DNA of 64,000 nt from Batkoa obscura (GCA_030770535.1 JASVEC010000019.1:868001-932000); one strand, 5' to 3'. Positions 24,343-37,406 are shown, numbered from the stretch's first letter. Translations and numbers: made by a program. Notes: generated by a model from the letters alone, not told the origin.

Positions 24343-24901
24343 TATTTTAAATAAAAAAACTTAATTATAAAGAAGTAATAAAAGTATTTTTTTTCATTAT
24401 TGTTTTTTTAGTTTATAAAATTTATTAGAACTATTAATTTATTAATATTGAAAATATTACCTTTTTAATGGAATTTCGACTATAAATGTTAAAAACAATT
24501 TTTATTAGTCTAAGTGAAAATTATGTTAATAAAATAATTAAAAGATGTTATTGATTACGAAAAGTAAATCAAGTGATATATGTTGAACAAAGGACATATT
24601 ACGATTAATAACTAAATCTAATAAACTTTAAAGTCTTCTATTTAATTATTTTATTTTATACAATATTCTAATATAAAGTTAAGTCACTTTCTATACTTAT
24701 TGTAATAGAAACTTATATCAAAGTATAAGAAAATAAGAATAAAATAGTTAGTTTATTAAAAAGATGATATTAAATAAAATTTAACTTACTTATTAATTAC
24801 TTTAATTGTATCAATAAATATATAATAAAAAATGGCAATAAAAATTAGTTAATAAAATTAGTCTCATATTTAATAACAATAATAATACACTCTTCTAAAC
24901 T

Positions 24902-25327
24902 TTAAACTTGAATCTTTAAAACTTCGATAATTCTTTTAACTCCAACTAACCAACGCGTATGAATTCCATCAGCTTGAAGTAGTACCTTAGCATGTAAATC
25001 AAGAGCAGCTTTAAACTCTTTTTCCATTAACTTATGAATAATATTTGACAACATCATTAACACTTCATTAGATACTTCTTTTGAATTTTTAAACGCTTCT
25101 AATCTCATATTAATATCTCTAATTTTATTTTTTTCCATTATAGATAATGAGTTGATATCAATACTATTAATGAGTTGAGTTAATTTAGTATAACATTCAA
25201 ATTGAGTATATTGAATCTCAGAATTAATATCTTTATTTTGATTCTTTTTTAATAAGATTGATTTAGGAGCATCATTCCAATGTCCTGAAGCTGCATGATT
25301 AGCACCTAAGAAGTCAGTATAAGTCAT
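24902..25327 (-). CDS. Stand-alone SRA1/Sec31 C-terminal-domain-like protein
   Basis: 'SGHWNDAP' near the N-terminus and a helical C-terminal domain 'DINMRLEAF...ALDLH..VL...RWLVGVKRII'. Confidence 0.65.
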   Translation of the reverse strand: MTYTDFLGANHAASGHWNDAPKSILLKKNQNKDINSEIQYTQFECYTKLTQLINSIDINSLSIMEKNKIRDINMRLEAFKNSKEVSNEVLMMLSNIIHKLMEKEFKAALDLHAKVLLQADGIHTRWLVGVKRIIEVLKIQV

Positions 25328-25621
25328 TATTAATATAAAATTATTAAAATAATAAAAACAGTTTGAATCATTAAAAGAAAAAATTTTGTTTAAATATACT
25401 TCAATTTAAGTTACACCACTTAGTTGTTAAGATTCATCTTTATTAAAATATATTAATGAATATGCTTGGCGAAAATTGATTGGTTTAAAATGAACATTAA
25501 ATTTTAGATTGTTATTAGATCAACTAAGATTAACTAAAAAGAAAAAAAAGAATATTGATTAACCAAAAAGAATTTCATAGTTTATCATTTTTGTTGAATT
25601 TCAATTGAATTTATTACTCAA

Positions 25622-26974
25622 TTACAATGTCTTTGTATAATTGTATGAACTACATTTTTTATTTAAAGATAATAATGCTTTCTCTGGTGAATTCAAATCT
25701 GAATCAATGTAAGTTAATTGAGTATCAAAATTAATTTTACTATTTACTTCTTTTTCATTATAAATCCATAATAACTCATCTAAATATTCAGGTGGCTTAT
25801 AATTATACTTATTATTTCTATTGATTTTCTTTTTATATTTAATATAAAATATAGTACTAAATATTATTATTATTATTAATAAACTTATTGATATTCCTAA
25901 TATTGTATTTATTATTGAATTACTATTGATTTCTTGTGTTGATTTTATATTATTATTATTATTATTATTATTATTTGTTAAGTGAGTTTCATCAATTATA
26001 TTATCAACTAACTTTCCCTCCTTTAAATTGATGATTTGAATATCTGTATTATATTCTTCTTTGTTTTTTCCAAAAGAGACTATTAAATGTTCATTATAAC
26101 CTATTAAACAAGCATCCTCATATACTTTTAATTCATTAATATTAATTTTTTCCCACTCAAAGATTGAAGTTTTAAGTTTATAAATACTATTATCATTATT
26201 ATTACTATTATTTATAATATAAACATCATCTTTATAATCTGTTATTAAGAATTTACTTAAGCTAGATGGTATTATACCTGAAGTTGATTTTGTAATTAAA
26301 TTCATTATATCTAATGATATTAAATTTAATTGATTATTTTTATATTTAATTTGATTTTCTTTTTCTCCACCAATTATAATAATCATTGATTTTAAATAAG
26401 TAGCTTCACCATTAATACCAATAATTTCATTGAAATTTCTTTTATCCCAAGTTGATTTGTTTATATTATAAATAAATATATCTTTATTATAAATATTATT
26501 TTTAAATTTACCACCAAATAAATAGATCATATCATTATCTCTATCTTTTACTAAATAAGGATTTATTAATGAATCATTATTATTTAATACTTTATTCAAA
26601 CTTAATTTCATTTGAGTATCTTTAATCCAGGTATTCGATTGAATATTATACATGATAAATTCATTTTCTGTATTTATATCTTGTTCTCTTAACATCAAAA
26701 TCATTGTTTTATTATATTGTATTATATTAGAATATATTTTATTATTAAATAAACTGTTATTATCTATTTTGTCCCATTTTAATTGTTCAGCTTGCTTTAA
26801 CTTCATCTCATAAACATGTTTATTCATCTCTTCTTTTCCTCTATTAAATACCTTTCCACCAAAATAATAAACCGTATCCTTCATTAATATACATTTACCA
26901 TTATATAACTTGGGATTATTATTGATTGTCGCTAAGGTCCAGCTTAAACTTAATAGTAAGATGAAATAAAACAT
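25622..26974 (-). CDS. Type I membrane kelch-type beta-propeller protein with poly-Asn stalk
   Basis: Signal peptide; 'VYYFGG', 'IYLFGG', 'IIIGG' and 'IVSFG' blades; Asn homopolymer; TM helix; tail containing PPEY. Confidence 0.8.
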   Translation of the reverse strand: MFYFILLLSLSWTLATINNNPKLYNGKCILMKDTVYYFGGKVFNRGKEEMNKHVYEMKLKQAEQLKWDKIDNNSLFNNKIYSNIIQYNKTMILMLREQDINTENEFIMYNIQSNTWIKDTQMKLSLNKVLNNNDSLINPYLVKDRDNDMIYLFGGKFKNNIYNKDIFIYNINKSTWDKRNFNEIIGINGEATYLKSMIIIIGGEKENQIKYKNNQLNLISLDIMNLITKSTSGIIPSSLSKFLITDYKDDVYIINNSNNNDNSIYKLKTSIFEWEKININELKVYEDACLIGYNEHLIVSFGKNKEEYNTDIQIINLKEGKLVDNIIDETHLTNNNNNNNNNIKSTQEINSNSIINTILGISISLLIIIIIFSTIFYIKYKKKINRNNKYNYKPPEYLDELLWIYNEKEVNSKINFDTQLTYIDSDLNSPEKALLSLNKKCSSYNYTKTL

Positions 26975-27507
26975 GAACTAATTAAAAGTATTTAATTATT
27001 AAAAACATAAAGCTTTGATAAAAGTGGCTTATTTTTGATATTTTTTTACTTTAAAATTGAGCCAATCAATTCGCTTTTATCTGTAATAATAACTGTTCAC
27101 TTTTAAATAGATAGTTTATTAAAAAAGATTATTTAGTTTTATTTGGTTGATTTAATTGGCTTTTTTAAAAGTCTAATCCTTAAGTTAATAATATATAATT
27201 GAGTATTTTTTTATAATGTGATATAATGGTAATTAATTTATTGACTATTTTTTATTATTGTTAATTTTATTTTACTAACTATAATAAAATAATTAAACAT
27301 ATAAATCAATAAGCTTTATAAACTATTAATAAGCAAAAATTAATTATAAAAGTTTAATATTCTTGTATTTATTATGCTTTGAATTTTATAAAATTTCATT
27401 ACTTGTGTTATTAAAATTAGAAAAAAATTGTCTAGATATGTTATAAAGTTTGATCTTCAAAGTACTTGCTACTTGCTTATGAGAGCAAAAATATAAATCT
27501 AAGATAT

Positions 27508-27595
27508 GGGGATGTATTTTTGTGTTTAAGAATTTTGTTAGCAAATTTTCCGCTTAGATAGCGCTGAAAAAATGAAGTTAAAAAAGACACTCCCC
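27508..27595 (+). mobile_element. MITE family A copy with small internal deletion
   Basis: GGGGATGT...CACTCCCC with ATAT duplicated; the empty site TAAGATATCTTA is palindromic. Confidence 0.9.
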
Positions 27596-27607
27596 ATATC
27601 TTAATCT

Positions 27608-27680
27608 TGGAGAACCCGGGCATCGATCCCGGTGCCTCTCGCATGCTAAGCGAGCGCTCTACCATCTGAGCTAGTTCCCC
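27608..27680 (-). tRNA. tRNA-Ala(AGC)
   Basis: Reverse complement differs from 22768-22840 at two positions; full cloverleaf. Confidence 0.96.
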
Positions 27681-28739
27681 ATCTTATCGATCTGTTAGTC
27701 AATTACAAGGCAATTTACTAATATACTGTTAAACTTTACAAACTTGAGATAGTTGGAGTAATATAATATAAATCAATCATAAAACAACCTATTCACTTCT
27801 ATATTTATAAAAGCCAGAAATTACTAGCTGTAATGATAGATGTTTATTAAAAAACTTATTTTAATTGAATCTTTTGTAATGGTACGGTTGTTATTTATTT
27901 GAACTATAAAGCTATTTTACAGTTAACTTAATATAATAAAAATAAAAATATTTAAAATATTAGATTATAATTTACTTTTAAATTTAAATGAATATATCAG
28001 ATTTTTATTTTTGTTTATTTTATCAAATTCATATTATTTAATGATTACTGTACTTAATTAATTAGTTTAATATTAGTTATTATCAAACTGGTATTAAATG
28101 ATTTACTAGATTTTAATTTTAATTTTTATATAACACTTTAATTGCACTTTTTTTCTGATACTATTTAACCTTGTTTAATTATAAAAAGCTTTTATCATCT
28201 ACTGTTTAAAATATATTTTAGATAGTTTATTTTTATTCAATACTAATTTTAATATTGAAATGTTTTTTCTTTTATGAGCCCACTTTCTAAACCTAAAAGT
28301 TAATTAAATTATTTTTTTAGAGGGTGGTAGCCTTAAATACTTTATTAATAACATAAAATATAGATCAATAAACATATAAGATGATTGCTTTTAAATAACT
28401 AAATCTCTTTAAGATAAGACTTAGTTCAATTAATTATTATCTTTGAAAAAGCAGATAGGAAAAACTATATCTGATTCACTTCTTTCTTAAAGCTTTTATG
28501 AATTTAAATAGTAATAAGTTTGAATAAAGAAGAAAGATTACTAGATAGGCCAGACTATAAAGTGGTAATTTTTTTATCTATGACTCAAACCTTAATACAA
28601 AGAATGAAAGCTTTTAAAGTAAAGAGTATTGTTTTAGAGACTAAGATAACATTCAAAAAAGTGGCTTAAAGAAAAAGAGATAGCGGTAGACAATGTATTA
28701 ATTTAATATTATCAAAATTAATAATCATAATCGTTACGG

Positions 28740-30509
28740 TTATAAATCAAACGAATAATTTGGTGATAAATTAAATTTTTTGGTAAACTGAGACATTATA
28801 TTTATAAACATTAATGAATTATTAAATATATGATGTTTCTCACTATCCTCTTTAAACCAATTTAACATTTCTTTAAGTTTCAAATAAACTTGCTCAAGAA
28901 TGTTGGGATCAAATGCCTTATTTGCTAATGAATTAAAATAAAATGCACATGTAGGGATACAATCAAGGGCACTATTTATTAAGTGATAAACATAGCCTTC
29001 CTTCCTTTTTTTGTTAAATAAAGTTGAAAATAAGTTATATATATCATCCGCTGCTTGTAATCCTATTTCCCAAAGCCAATCTTCTAGCAAATCATGTTTG
29101 AACGGATTGAGATGAGATATAGGATCAGCTAGATATAATTTACCATTTAATAATAGTAAATAACCACAAGAACCAAAAGTGGGTTTTGTATCGGGTTGAG
29201 GTAAACCAAAATTGGAAATTTCGTTGATTTGATTTTTAGTTAATAGATTATAAACTTTATAACTAGAAGGAGTATTTTTTAAAGCGGTCTCAATTGCTAT
29301 TAATAACTTAATTAACTCATCTTTCTTAAAATAAAACTCTTCAATTGAATTGATTGTTTTGACACTATTTATTAAATGTTCATTGTTAATTTGAGACTGT
29401 AATAATTGTAAATGAAATGTTATACATTTAGAATAATAAATCATCTCTGTATCATTACTTTTATCCTTATAATTCATCATAGAATTGAATTTTTGAATAT
29501 TATAAGATATATTATTTTGAGAATGTCTCGACATAGTTGGTAAACAAATAGCTTTATTGTTTACATGATTAAATGAAGATACTTTTACTTCTTTTATAAT
29601 AGGTAATCCTACTCCTTCTTCACCTAATAAAATTAATTGAAATAATAATAATAACTCCCAAAGTTTCTTATAAGAATTTGAATATTTAAAGATACCATTA
29701 TTAATATCAACTATTAAACTATTTGTAATATCATTAATCCCTAGTATATAAGCCATCTTAGTAGCATTTGAAAGGTAGTAAGCTGCTTTTTTGAAATCAT
29801 TTTTGAAGATTAATTCACCAACAATTAAAGTAATAGCAAATAAATTTGAAATATTTGGGTTACTATAACATTCAATAAGTCTTTGTTCAATATTTCTTAT
29901 CTTGAAATGAAATTTTAGTTCAGAATTCATTAAGCTACTAATAGATTCTAATAACATTTGTTTTAACAAACTTTCTCCTTTATCCTTTAGTATTCCTTCT
30001 ATTTCATCTTGAGAAAACCAGAGTCCATTTTTATCTAAATGAAAACTATAAATATCTACAAAACTTCTTATTAACTCGGATGGTTTCTTTCCATCCACTT
30101 TGATTGGAGAAATAGATAAATCTAAACTGGGATTTGAAATATAGTTAGTATGTAGCCAGTTTAATGTGTCAGTTGTGTTTGGATTTAATAGTGAACTATA
30201 ATAATTTAACCCACTGTTAATTTCCATATTAAAATGATTCACTTCTTTATAATACACTTCTTTATTCGCTTTTCGTCTAACTTCTCTCTTCAATTCTTCT
30301 AATTTATTGTTTCTGGATATACAAACTAGACTCCATCGGATATATTCTAATAGTAGAGCTTTATTGGGTTTCGCTTGTTTATCGTTGCCATTATCATTTA
30401 ATTTCGACAGACAAGTTAACAACTCATTCTCTAATGAGGTTATTCTCTCATGGGCCTTTGTTAAGTAAGTTTTATTATCTTTTAAAGTTTTGGCTGTTAA
30501 GTGAGTCAT
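28740..30509 (-). CDS. MHR-like family member 1 (no zinc cluster)
   Basis: 589-aa intronless ORF; 'YSNPNISNLFAITLIVGE..AAYYLSNATKMAYILGI'; family motifs 'PSELI', 'CLPT', 'GSCGYL'. Confidence 0.75.
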   Translation of the reverse strand: MTHLTAKTLKDNKTYLTKAHERITSLENELLTCLSKLNDNGNDKQAKPNKALLLEYIRWSLVCISRNNKLEELKREVRRKANKEVYYKEVNHFNMEINSGLNYYSSLLNPNTTDTLNWLHTNYISNPSLDLSISPIKVDGKKPSELIRSFVDIYSFHLDKNGLWFSQDEIEGILKDKGESLLKQMLLESISSLMNSELKFHFKIRNIEQRLIECYSNPNISNLFAITLIVGELIFKNDFKKAAYYLSNATKMAYILGINDITNSLIVDINNGIFKYSNSYKKLWELLLLFQLILLGEEGVGLPIIKEVKVSSFNHVNNKAICLPTMSRHSQNNISYNIQKFNSMMNYKDKSNDTEMIYYSKCITFHLQLLQSQINNEHLINSVKTINSIEEFYFKKDELIKLLIAIETALKNTPSSYKVYNLLTKNQINEISNFGLPQPDTKPTFGSCGYLLLLNGKLYLADPISHLNPFKHDLLEDWLWEIGLQAADDIYNLFSTLFNKKRKEGYVYHLINSALDCIPTCAFYFNSLANKAFDPNILEQVYLKLKEMLNWFKEDSEKHHIFNNSLMFINIMSQFTKKFNLSPNYSFDL

Positions 30510-31311
30510 AAAGCAATCAGTTGTATAAAAAAATTAACTAAAATTTATAAAATAGCAGTTTTATATTTGTTGAATTTTATCGATGTGTTACATAATTGTA
30601 ATTAATAATTTAATAATTTATTTTTTTATAACCCTTAAAATTCCAAACCTTACAGTTTATCAAATAAGAACTATCACATGGCAGTCACTAGCTTTTAATG
30701 AATGAACTGTATAATTTGGAATGTAAAGAGCTCTAATGTTTCTTTTTATAACTCTTCTTCTCAGCGGGTCGAAATAGAGATCTAAATTGCCCATTTTTAT
30801 CAATTTCAAATAAGTTACCAATTTAAATTTAAGGCTATTAGATGATTACTTTTAAGGACTGACATCTATCAATATTCATAATGATATTATGAACGATAAT
30901 AAATAAAACTGCTTTTTTGAATAAAAACCAGGAACACGAGTGCTAATTTTATAGCTATTTTATCTATAAAGTTGAATTTATCAGGTCTATAGCTAGAAAT
31001 GAGATAAAGGAATGTTTAAGAAAAACGGTAATTTAGGCTAATCATTCAAAACTTAGTAGATAGTAGGAAAGCAATAGTTATATCTAAAAAGCACTATTAA
31101 AGCTAATGCAAATGAATTCGATCATCTTACAGTCATGAATGAACCAAGTTATATAGTATTCATAGCTACATTGAATTATAAACATAATAAATTACTAACT
31201 TACTGTAACTTCATACAGTTTAACACCAGAATGTTTTTTAATGAATGCCAATGTTTATCTTTGTATAATTATCTTCTAAGGTAGGTGTCGTAGCTAAAAA
31301 CAAGTATTAAA

Positions 31312-32027
31312 TTAATGCTCAATTAGCGTATTCATGGTATGTTCAAGATTGAAATAACTACTTTTAATAACCCTGAGGTTCAAATTTGCAGATTTATCTA
31401 TTAATTGAATACTTTTTAGTTTCATCAAGTCTCTAAAGTAATCAATAAAGTAATCATTTAAATGCCCTTTGATTAATAACTCTAAATTAGAATTAAAATT
31501 TAGACTGGAATTGAAATCATTAGTTGTAAAGATACTTGAAGTTGAAGTTAAATGTAATATTTTCAACTTTTTAAACTGGCTTTTAATAACATCTATTCCA
31601 TTAATATAAAAGGAAGAATTGAAAACCAATTTGAGTAACTTTAATCTATTTGGACTTAGATATTGAATAACTTCTTCAATATTTATGCGACTAGTCTTAA
31701 ATTCAAATAATTCAAGTTAATTTAGATAATCTCTAAATTATTAGTGACTGTCTATAATTTATAGAATTGATGACTATTTTCTTTGTTTGGCAAATTAATA
31801 TTGCTATCATTCTTATAATTATATAATTATAACTACTATAATTTATAGATATAACATTTGAACAATAATTTGTCAATTGAATTTTGTTTTCATGTATACA
31901 TAAATGCTTCATCAAAGTCTCATTTTGTTTGATAAACTTTTGATATTTACTGAACCTAGATTCACTGTAGTGTGAATAAGCTAAGTTCCATTTGATAATC
32001 CTATTTACTATCTCAAATAAATATTTA
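31312..32027 (-). pseudogene. F-box/LRR-like pseudogene fragment lacking the F-box start
   Basis: About 31543-32027 is a near-identical inverted copy of 41940-42427, sharing its stops; it continues into LRR-like sequence 'FKKLKILHL'. Confidence 0.7.
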
Positions 32028-33528
32028 GAAAATGTAAATCCACCAATTTATTTGGCTGAATCAATTGTAACTGAATTTAATTGGGTATTTGATTTGTGAC
32101 TTTCTTTTTTATAATTCAGTTTGTGATCAATAATTCTTTAAGTCCTTTCATTTATAGTAAACCGTTTCGTTATAGTAATGTTTTTAGAATAAATAAATTA
32201 TCTGCCACGATTTGTTTGATAATCGTCACTTTTTCTTGAACTACAGTTTGCATATATATTTTTGACATATGTGTGATACTATAACTTGTTCAAGTCTTGT
32301 ATATTTCATAGTATCTCTTAACAAAAGTTAATTCACTTTCTAAAAGCAGTAGATACTTATAAGAATGTAGCTGATTTAAAAGACATATTACAAGTTAATA
32401 AATATTTATATTAAACTAATAGTTTTTAAAATGACAAGCATTAAATTAAAACTAGAGTGGCTCAAAGAATAGTTACAAGCATTTAAGTGTAAATAATCTA
32501 TGACAACTACGATTTTAACTAATAGCAACTTGAATTTAATTATTACTGGTTTAAGTTTAAATTTCTCTTAACATAAATTTTCTTCTTTTATATAGCGTTC
32601 TATTAATAGTTTTTTGTTGACAGTTTTTGACTTTATTTAACTATAGAATGATATATATAACTTTTACTGTTCAAATTGCACCTCAAGTGTTTCATTCCCG
32701 TACAATTTGTAAATAATATAATAATTATAATAATCGTTCTTTTTCTTTATATACTATAGTCCTGTTCTACTTGTAGCTGTTGCTTTATAAAAATAGAGAA
32801 AACACCATATAATGTTACTTTCTTTGGAAATGTAGTATACTAAATTACTACTATTTATTTTACATTGGTCATAAAATTAGTTTTATAGCCAAAAGGTAGT
32901 AACTTTAGTGTAGCTATTATGAATCAAAAGGTTTTTTCTTGAAGTGAGGATACTATAAATTAAGACATATTTAAACACTCATATAACATTAAATTATCTA
33001 TATGTACCTTATAGGTCATAGAAACAAGGCTTCTAAGCTTTAAACTAAAAACTTTAATTGGAATTTCATGACAGATTAATCTAGTGTAAAGTTTATATTT
33101 GGATATCTAATGGTTAAAAGATGGAGTAGTACTAAAAAACAATTGTGTATGTTTATTTCAAAGGTATCTACAACTTTGTCTAAGATCCTTACGCTTTCAA
33201 TGATAGTGCATAAATGAGTAGATTTAAAAGCTTATAGATATAAATATAAACATAAATAATTTTGCAGTTTGATTTAGATTTAAATCTACAAAATTCGTAT
33301 ATGAATGTTTTTATGATATATCTTGTTTATCATGAACTACAAAATTTAGAACTTTTTATAATGCAAATGTTGAAAAAAAGATAGGTTTGGAGTATTTATG
33401 CTAATTTACAAATTTTGCAAGAGCTCAAAAAATAGATCGATTTATGGTTTGGTCAATTATGTTCTTGAACTTAAATTTATTAATCACACAAGCTAACACC
33501 TTCAATATCATATAAAGATTTGTATTCG

Positions 33529-35322
33529 ATGGGCCAAAATGAAGAACTAAAAATTTATAAAGAGTCATATAAATTTAAAGCTATTAAAAGAATCAATGAA
33601 ATTGAAAAGGAGCTAACAAATTTTTTTTCTAGTATAAAGAGTAGCATACTGGCCTATCCGACTAATGAGTTTAGTGGTTTAATAAAAAGCTATCTAAAAT
33701 GGACAAAGGAGTGTTTGGATAGGAAAAAAAGTTTAAAGGAATTGATGGATCGACCAAACCAAAGTCAGCTACAGAAAAAGAAATGTCGAAATGCAGAATT
33801 AAAATTTATAACTTATTTTGAAAATGGTATATCGTACTATACAAAGGCAATAAAAAATAGTCAAAAGATGATGCTTATGAGCAATTGCATATGTTCTTCT
33901 CCAGAAAGAGAGTTATATATCACTCCAAATAAAATAGACGGGTTAATGCCTTCGGAGCTTTTGGTATGCTTTATTAATATTTATTATCAATATTTGGACC
34001 CAGATGAGCTGTGGCTTACAGCTCCAGTATTGGAAAATATATTTAGAAAAAAAGAACCAAGTTTATTAAAATCTATTCTTATGCAATCAATATTGAGTTT
34101 GATTGAACTTCCAAAGGAGTATGAACAAATATTGCTTAATAGCACTAAAAACATTCAAAATATGATGGCTCAAAGCTATAATGATCCAACATTAGATGAT
34201 GTGATTGCAATTATTTTAATTTCTGGAGAATATTTGTATACAAATAATTATTCACTAGCCAGTATATATTTAGGACAGGCAATAAGGATGGGACAAATGT
34301 TACAAATATTACCGGAAGAAAGAGAAAATACGGATTCATTCACAAAAAACAAGTTTGAAGATTCATTAAAAGATAAGTTATGGGAACTTATTGTGATTTT
34401 TTATATTAGTCTATCGTACTTACCTGGATACCCTTTAATTCTAAAATATAGCAGAGTAACTCCTTTGAGCCATGTTAGAGATAAAACAATTAGTTTACCT
34501 ACTATGCCTAGATTGGGTATCAATAAAATCAAAAAGATAGATTTGAAAGATATGTTAAAAAGTATCAATACAAGTACTATGGTCCCTAATATTAATAATA
34601 CTAAGTCTTTTGAGTTATCTTATTATTCAAGAGCAATAGCTTGTTATTTTCACGTTTTACAATCATATCTTAATGAAAGAAATATGTTAAAAAAGAATCC
34701 AAATATATATCCGATTGATAGGTTTTATTTTGATGTCAATAGTATATTAAAAATGATTGGTGAATTAGATAAAGATATAAACAATGTATCAATAAACTAT
34801 AAAAGTTTTCGATTTTTATCCTCAAAGCAGCTTGCCAACATTAAATCATACGGTGTACTACAATCAGATGATACTTCATCATTAGGCTCTTCTGGTTATT
34901 TTATGTTTTTAAATACTAAACTTTATATTATTGATCCTCTTTCTTATATAAGTCCATGTTCTCATTCACTATTATATTCCTGGCTATGGACAATTGGATT
35001 AGAAACGGCAGATAAATTATGGGATTTGTTTTCTACTTTATTTAATCGTAACAACATTGATGATGAATGTCCTTGGATTGTATTTAATACTTCCTTTGAT
35101 TTACTTCCAACTGTTTATTTTTACCTTAATGCCTTATCACAGTTGCACTTTGTAGAAGGACAAAATGAAATAATTTATAGCAAAGTTCAACAATTAGTTT
35201 ATTGGATCAAAAAAGATAGGGATAAAACTCATTATTTTGAAGATAGTGGATATGCAATCGAGGTTATAGAAAAAGACTTAGAAAAGTTTCATTTTTTGGA
35301 AAAATATTCTATAGTTATATAA
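33529..35322 (+). CDS. MHR-like family member 2
   Basis: Intronless ORF, first ATG 33529; close relative of members 6 and 7; 'ASIYLGQAIRMGQMLQI'. Confidence 0.8.
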   Translation: MGQNEELKIYKESYKFKAIKRINEIEKELTNFFSSIKSSILAYPTNEFSGLIKSYLKWTKECLDRKKSLKELMDRPNQSQLQKKKCRNAELKFITYFENGISYYTKAIKNSQKMMLMSNCICSSPERELYITPNKIDGLMPSELLVCFINIYYQYLDPDELWLTAPVLENIFRKKEPSLLKSILMQSILSLIELPKEYEQILLNSTKNIQNMMAQSYNDPTLDDVIAIILISGEYLYTNNYSLASIYLGQAIRMGQMLQILPEERENTDSFTKNKFEDSLKDKLWELIVIFYISLSYLPGYPLILKYSRVTPLSHVRDKTISLPTMPRLGINKIKKIDLKDMLKSINTSTMVPNINNTKSFELSYYSRAIACYFHVLQSYLNERNMLKKNPNIYPIDRFYFDVNSILKMIGELDKDINNVSINYKSFRFLSSKQLANIKSYGVLQSDDTSSLGSSGYFMFLNTKLYIIDPLSYISPCSHSLLYSWLWTIGLETADKLWDLFSTLFNRNNIDDECPWIVFNTSFDLLPTVYFYLNALSQLHFVEGQNEIIYSKVQQLVYWIKKDRDKTHYFEDSGYAIEVIEKDLEKFHFLEKYSIVI

Positions 35323-36951
35323 CATGATTGCTATTTATTGATTTTTTATATTTCGCTTTTTTTAAATAAAGTTATTTTTCGTTTAATTTAAAATAAAGAT
35401 ATTCACGTCCTTATTTTTATAGTTGGTATGAAGTAAATTAATGTCCTCCAATTTACTAGTTGTTATTTAGATTTGTGTTGTGTATAGGTTTAGATTACGT
35501 TTTGTTTCATTTTAAGTTCAAACACATGTGTTCAAAGTGTATAAATTTAGGAGATCTTTTAACTAAGACAGTGTATAAATTTTTTTATTTTAATAGGTTT
35601 ACAATATTTCAATTAATATATATCTGAATAGGTGGATTACGACAATAAACTAGATAACATATATAATTGTTGATATTGGAAATTAATCAACTTTATTAGA
35701 AATCCGAACAAGCTTCTTAACTTGTTATTGTTATTTACTCACTCAAATGTATATCATCACTTCTTTTAACACATTTTATATAAACTTTGAGAATTTCAAG
35801 TTTTTATTTTAATTATAATAGTCTCTATATTCAAAAGCTTTAGCTAACTTATTTTAAACTTAAATTAAGTTTTTTATATTTTAAATTTAAATAATACTTT
35901 AAACAAAGATTTATAATTCTAGCTATTTTAATAAAAATATAGCTTAAAGACAATAGAATATGCCAGGTTAATTTATACTTTAGTTTATATTGTAATTTAT
36001 ATCGTAATTTATATGTGATCAGAATTAGAGTATAAACATTTTGGAAATGATTTGTATGTTAACATTATATTTCTAATAAAGTTTAGAAACCAAACATTTT
36101 AAATAATGCTTGAATTAAAAATTAATGGTGAATAGTATGAGGCTTAACTGTAAAAATTAAATATTTATTATTTATATAATTGTTCTGAAGTATAATGGAA
36201 TGGTACGATAGAATTTGTCACAGTTTATTATTATCTTTAGATAAAAGCTTTAAGTTTTTATTTTACTTACACAAAAGTTGAATTTTGGTTAGAAAATTTA
36301 GAGAATTAATAGAAATATTCATTTATGTTATAACTATGTTCTTAAAAGTGATAATAAGTAAAAAAAACAACCTATTAAGGTAATATATTACTTTCTTATC
36401 AATTCTGACGTAATTGACATAATATTCTGCCAAATTTGACCGCTATTACTCAAATGTGTCCTAAATTAGTAGGGTAAAGTGGTGGAAGTGTCAAGATGTC
36501 AAAGCGATTGTTTATTTTTAGCTCAATTAATTTTAAAGAAGAACCTAGTCACATTTGAAACAACAACTTTCTTTTTTTATTTTTTTCAGTCATGTTATCC
36601 ATTTACCTTATGAGTTTTATGGCCAAGTGATATTCATTTATTTAAATTCTATAGCTTGACCTTTTGAAACCCCTGACTATTTCCCTCAGGGTCTCACTAA
36701 AATTAACCCATAAATTTCTTTAATAATTTGTAATGTTTTTAAGCTTTATATAAGTGCCTGATTGTATTAAGGTATCAATTCATATTCTGTTTGAATAACC
36801 TCATTTTTATCCATCTTTTTATACCAATTTTGTATTTACTAATAGGATAGTAGATTCATTATATCAATTGAAATATATTTAAATATACTCAATTAATAAA
36901 ATAAAGGGAATGTAAGTGTATTAATAGGCCTATAGCGAGAAATGTTTTACT

Positions 36952-37126
36952 TGAGTCACCTTAAAGGTCATCGATGATAAAATAAAAATCTATTTAAAGC
37001 TAAGATCCAACATAATGAAGATAGATTTTATAACAGTTTGGTTAAACATTTTATTTAAGTTTTATTTTTATTTTAATAATTTCATTAATTGACTCTGATA
37101 AATATCATGTGCATCAGCTTGATAAA
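36952..37126. promoter_or_regulatory. Candidate Gcn4/CpcA (TGAGTCA at 36952) and GATAA sites upstream of the amino-acid permease
   Basis: Motif matches only (GATAA near 36976, 37097 and 37121). Confidence 0.3.
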
Positions 37127-37406
37127 GGTTATATGACAATTTGCCTTTTTTTAGAGTACATTTTATTCTTTAAATAGTATAAGCATGATTTCCAATAAAG
37201 TTTCGAAAATATAAAAACCACTATAAATTAGTTCAAATTAATTTATATTTTTTTATATTTTTTTCTTTCAAGGAATTTCTATTAAGTAAATTCCTACGTT
37301 AACTGATTTCCTTTTGAGCTACTAACTACGACTTTCCCTATATTCCTAGACTTGTTTATTTTACATCTTCTCCTAATAATTCATATCTATCACTTTAAAT
37401 TTGATA

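Noticed and set aside
27477..27665. 62-aa ORF MVERSLSMREAPGS...
   Set aside because: It is a translation of the tRNA-Ala gene plus a MITE.
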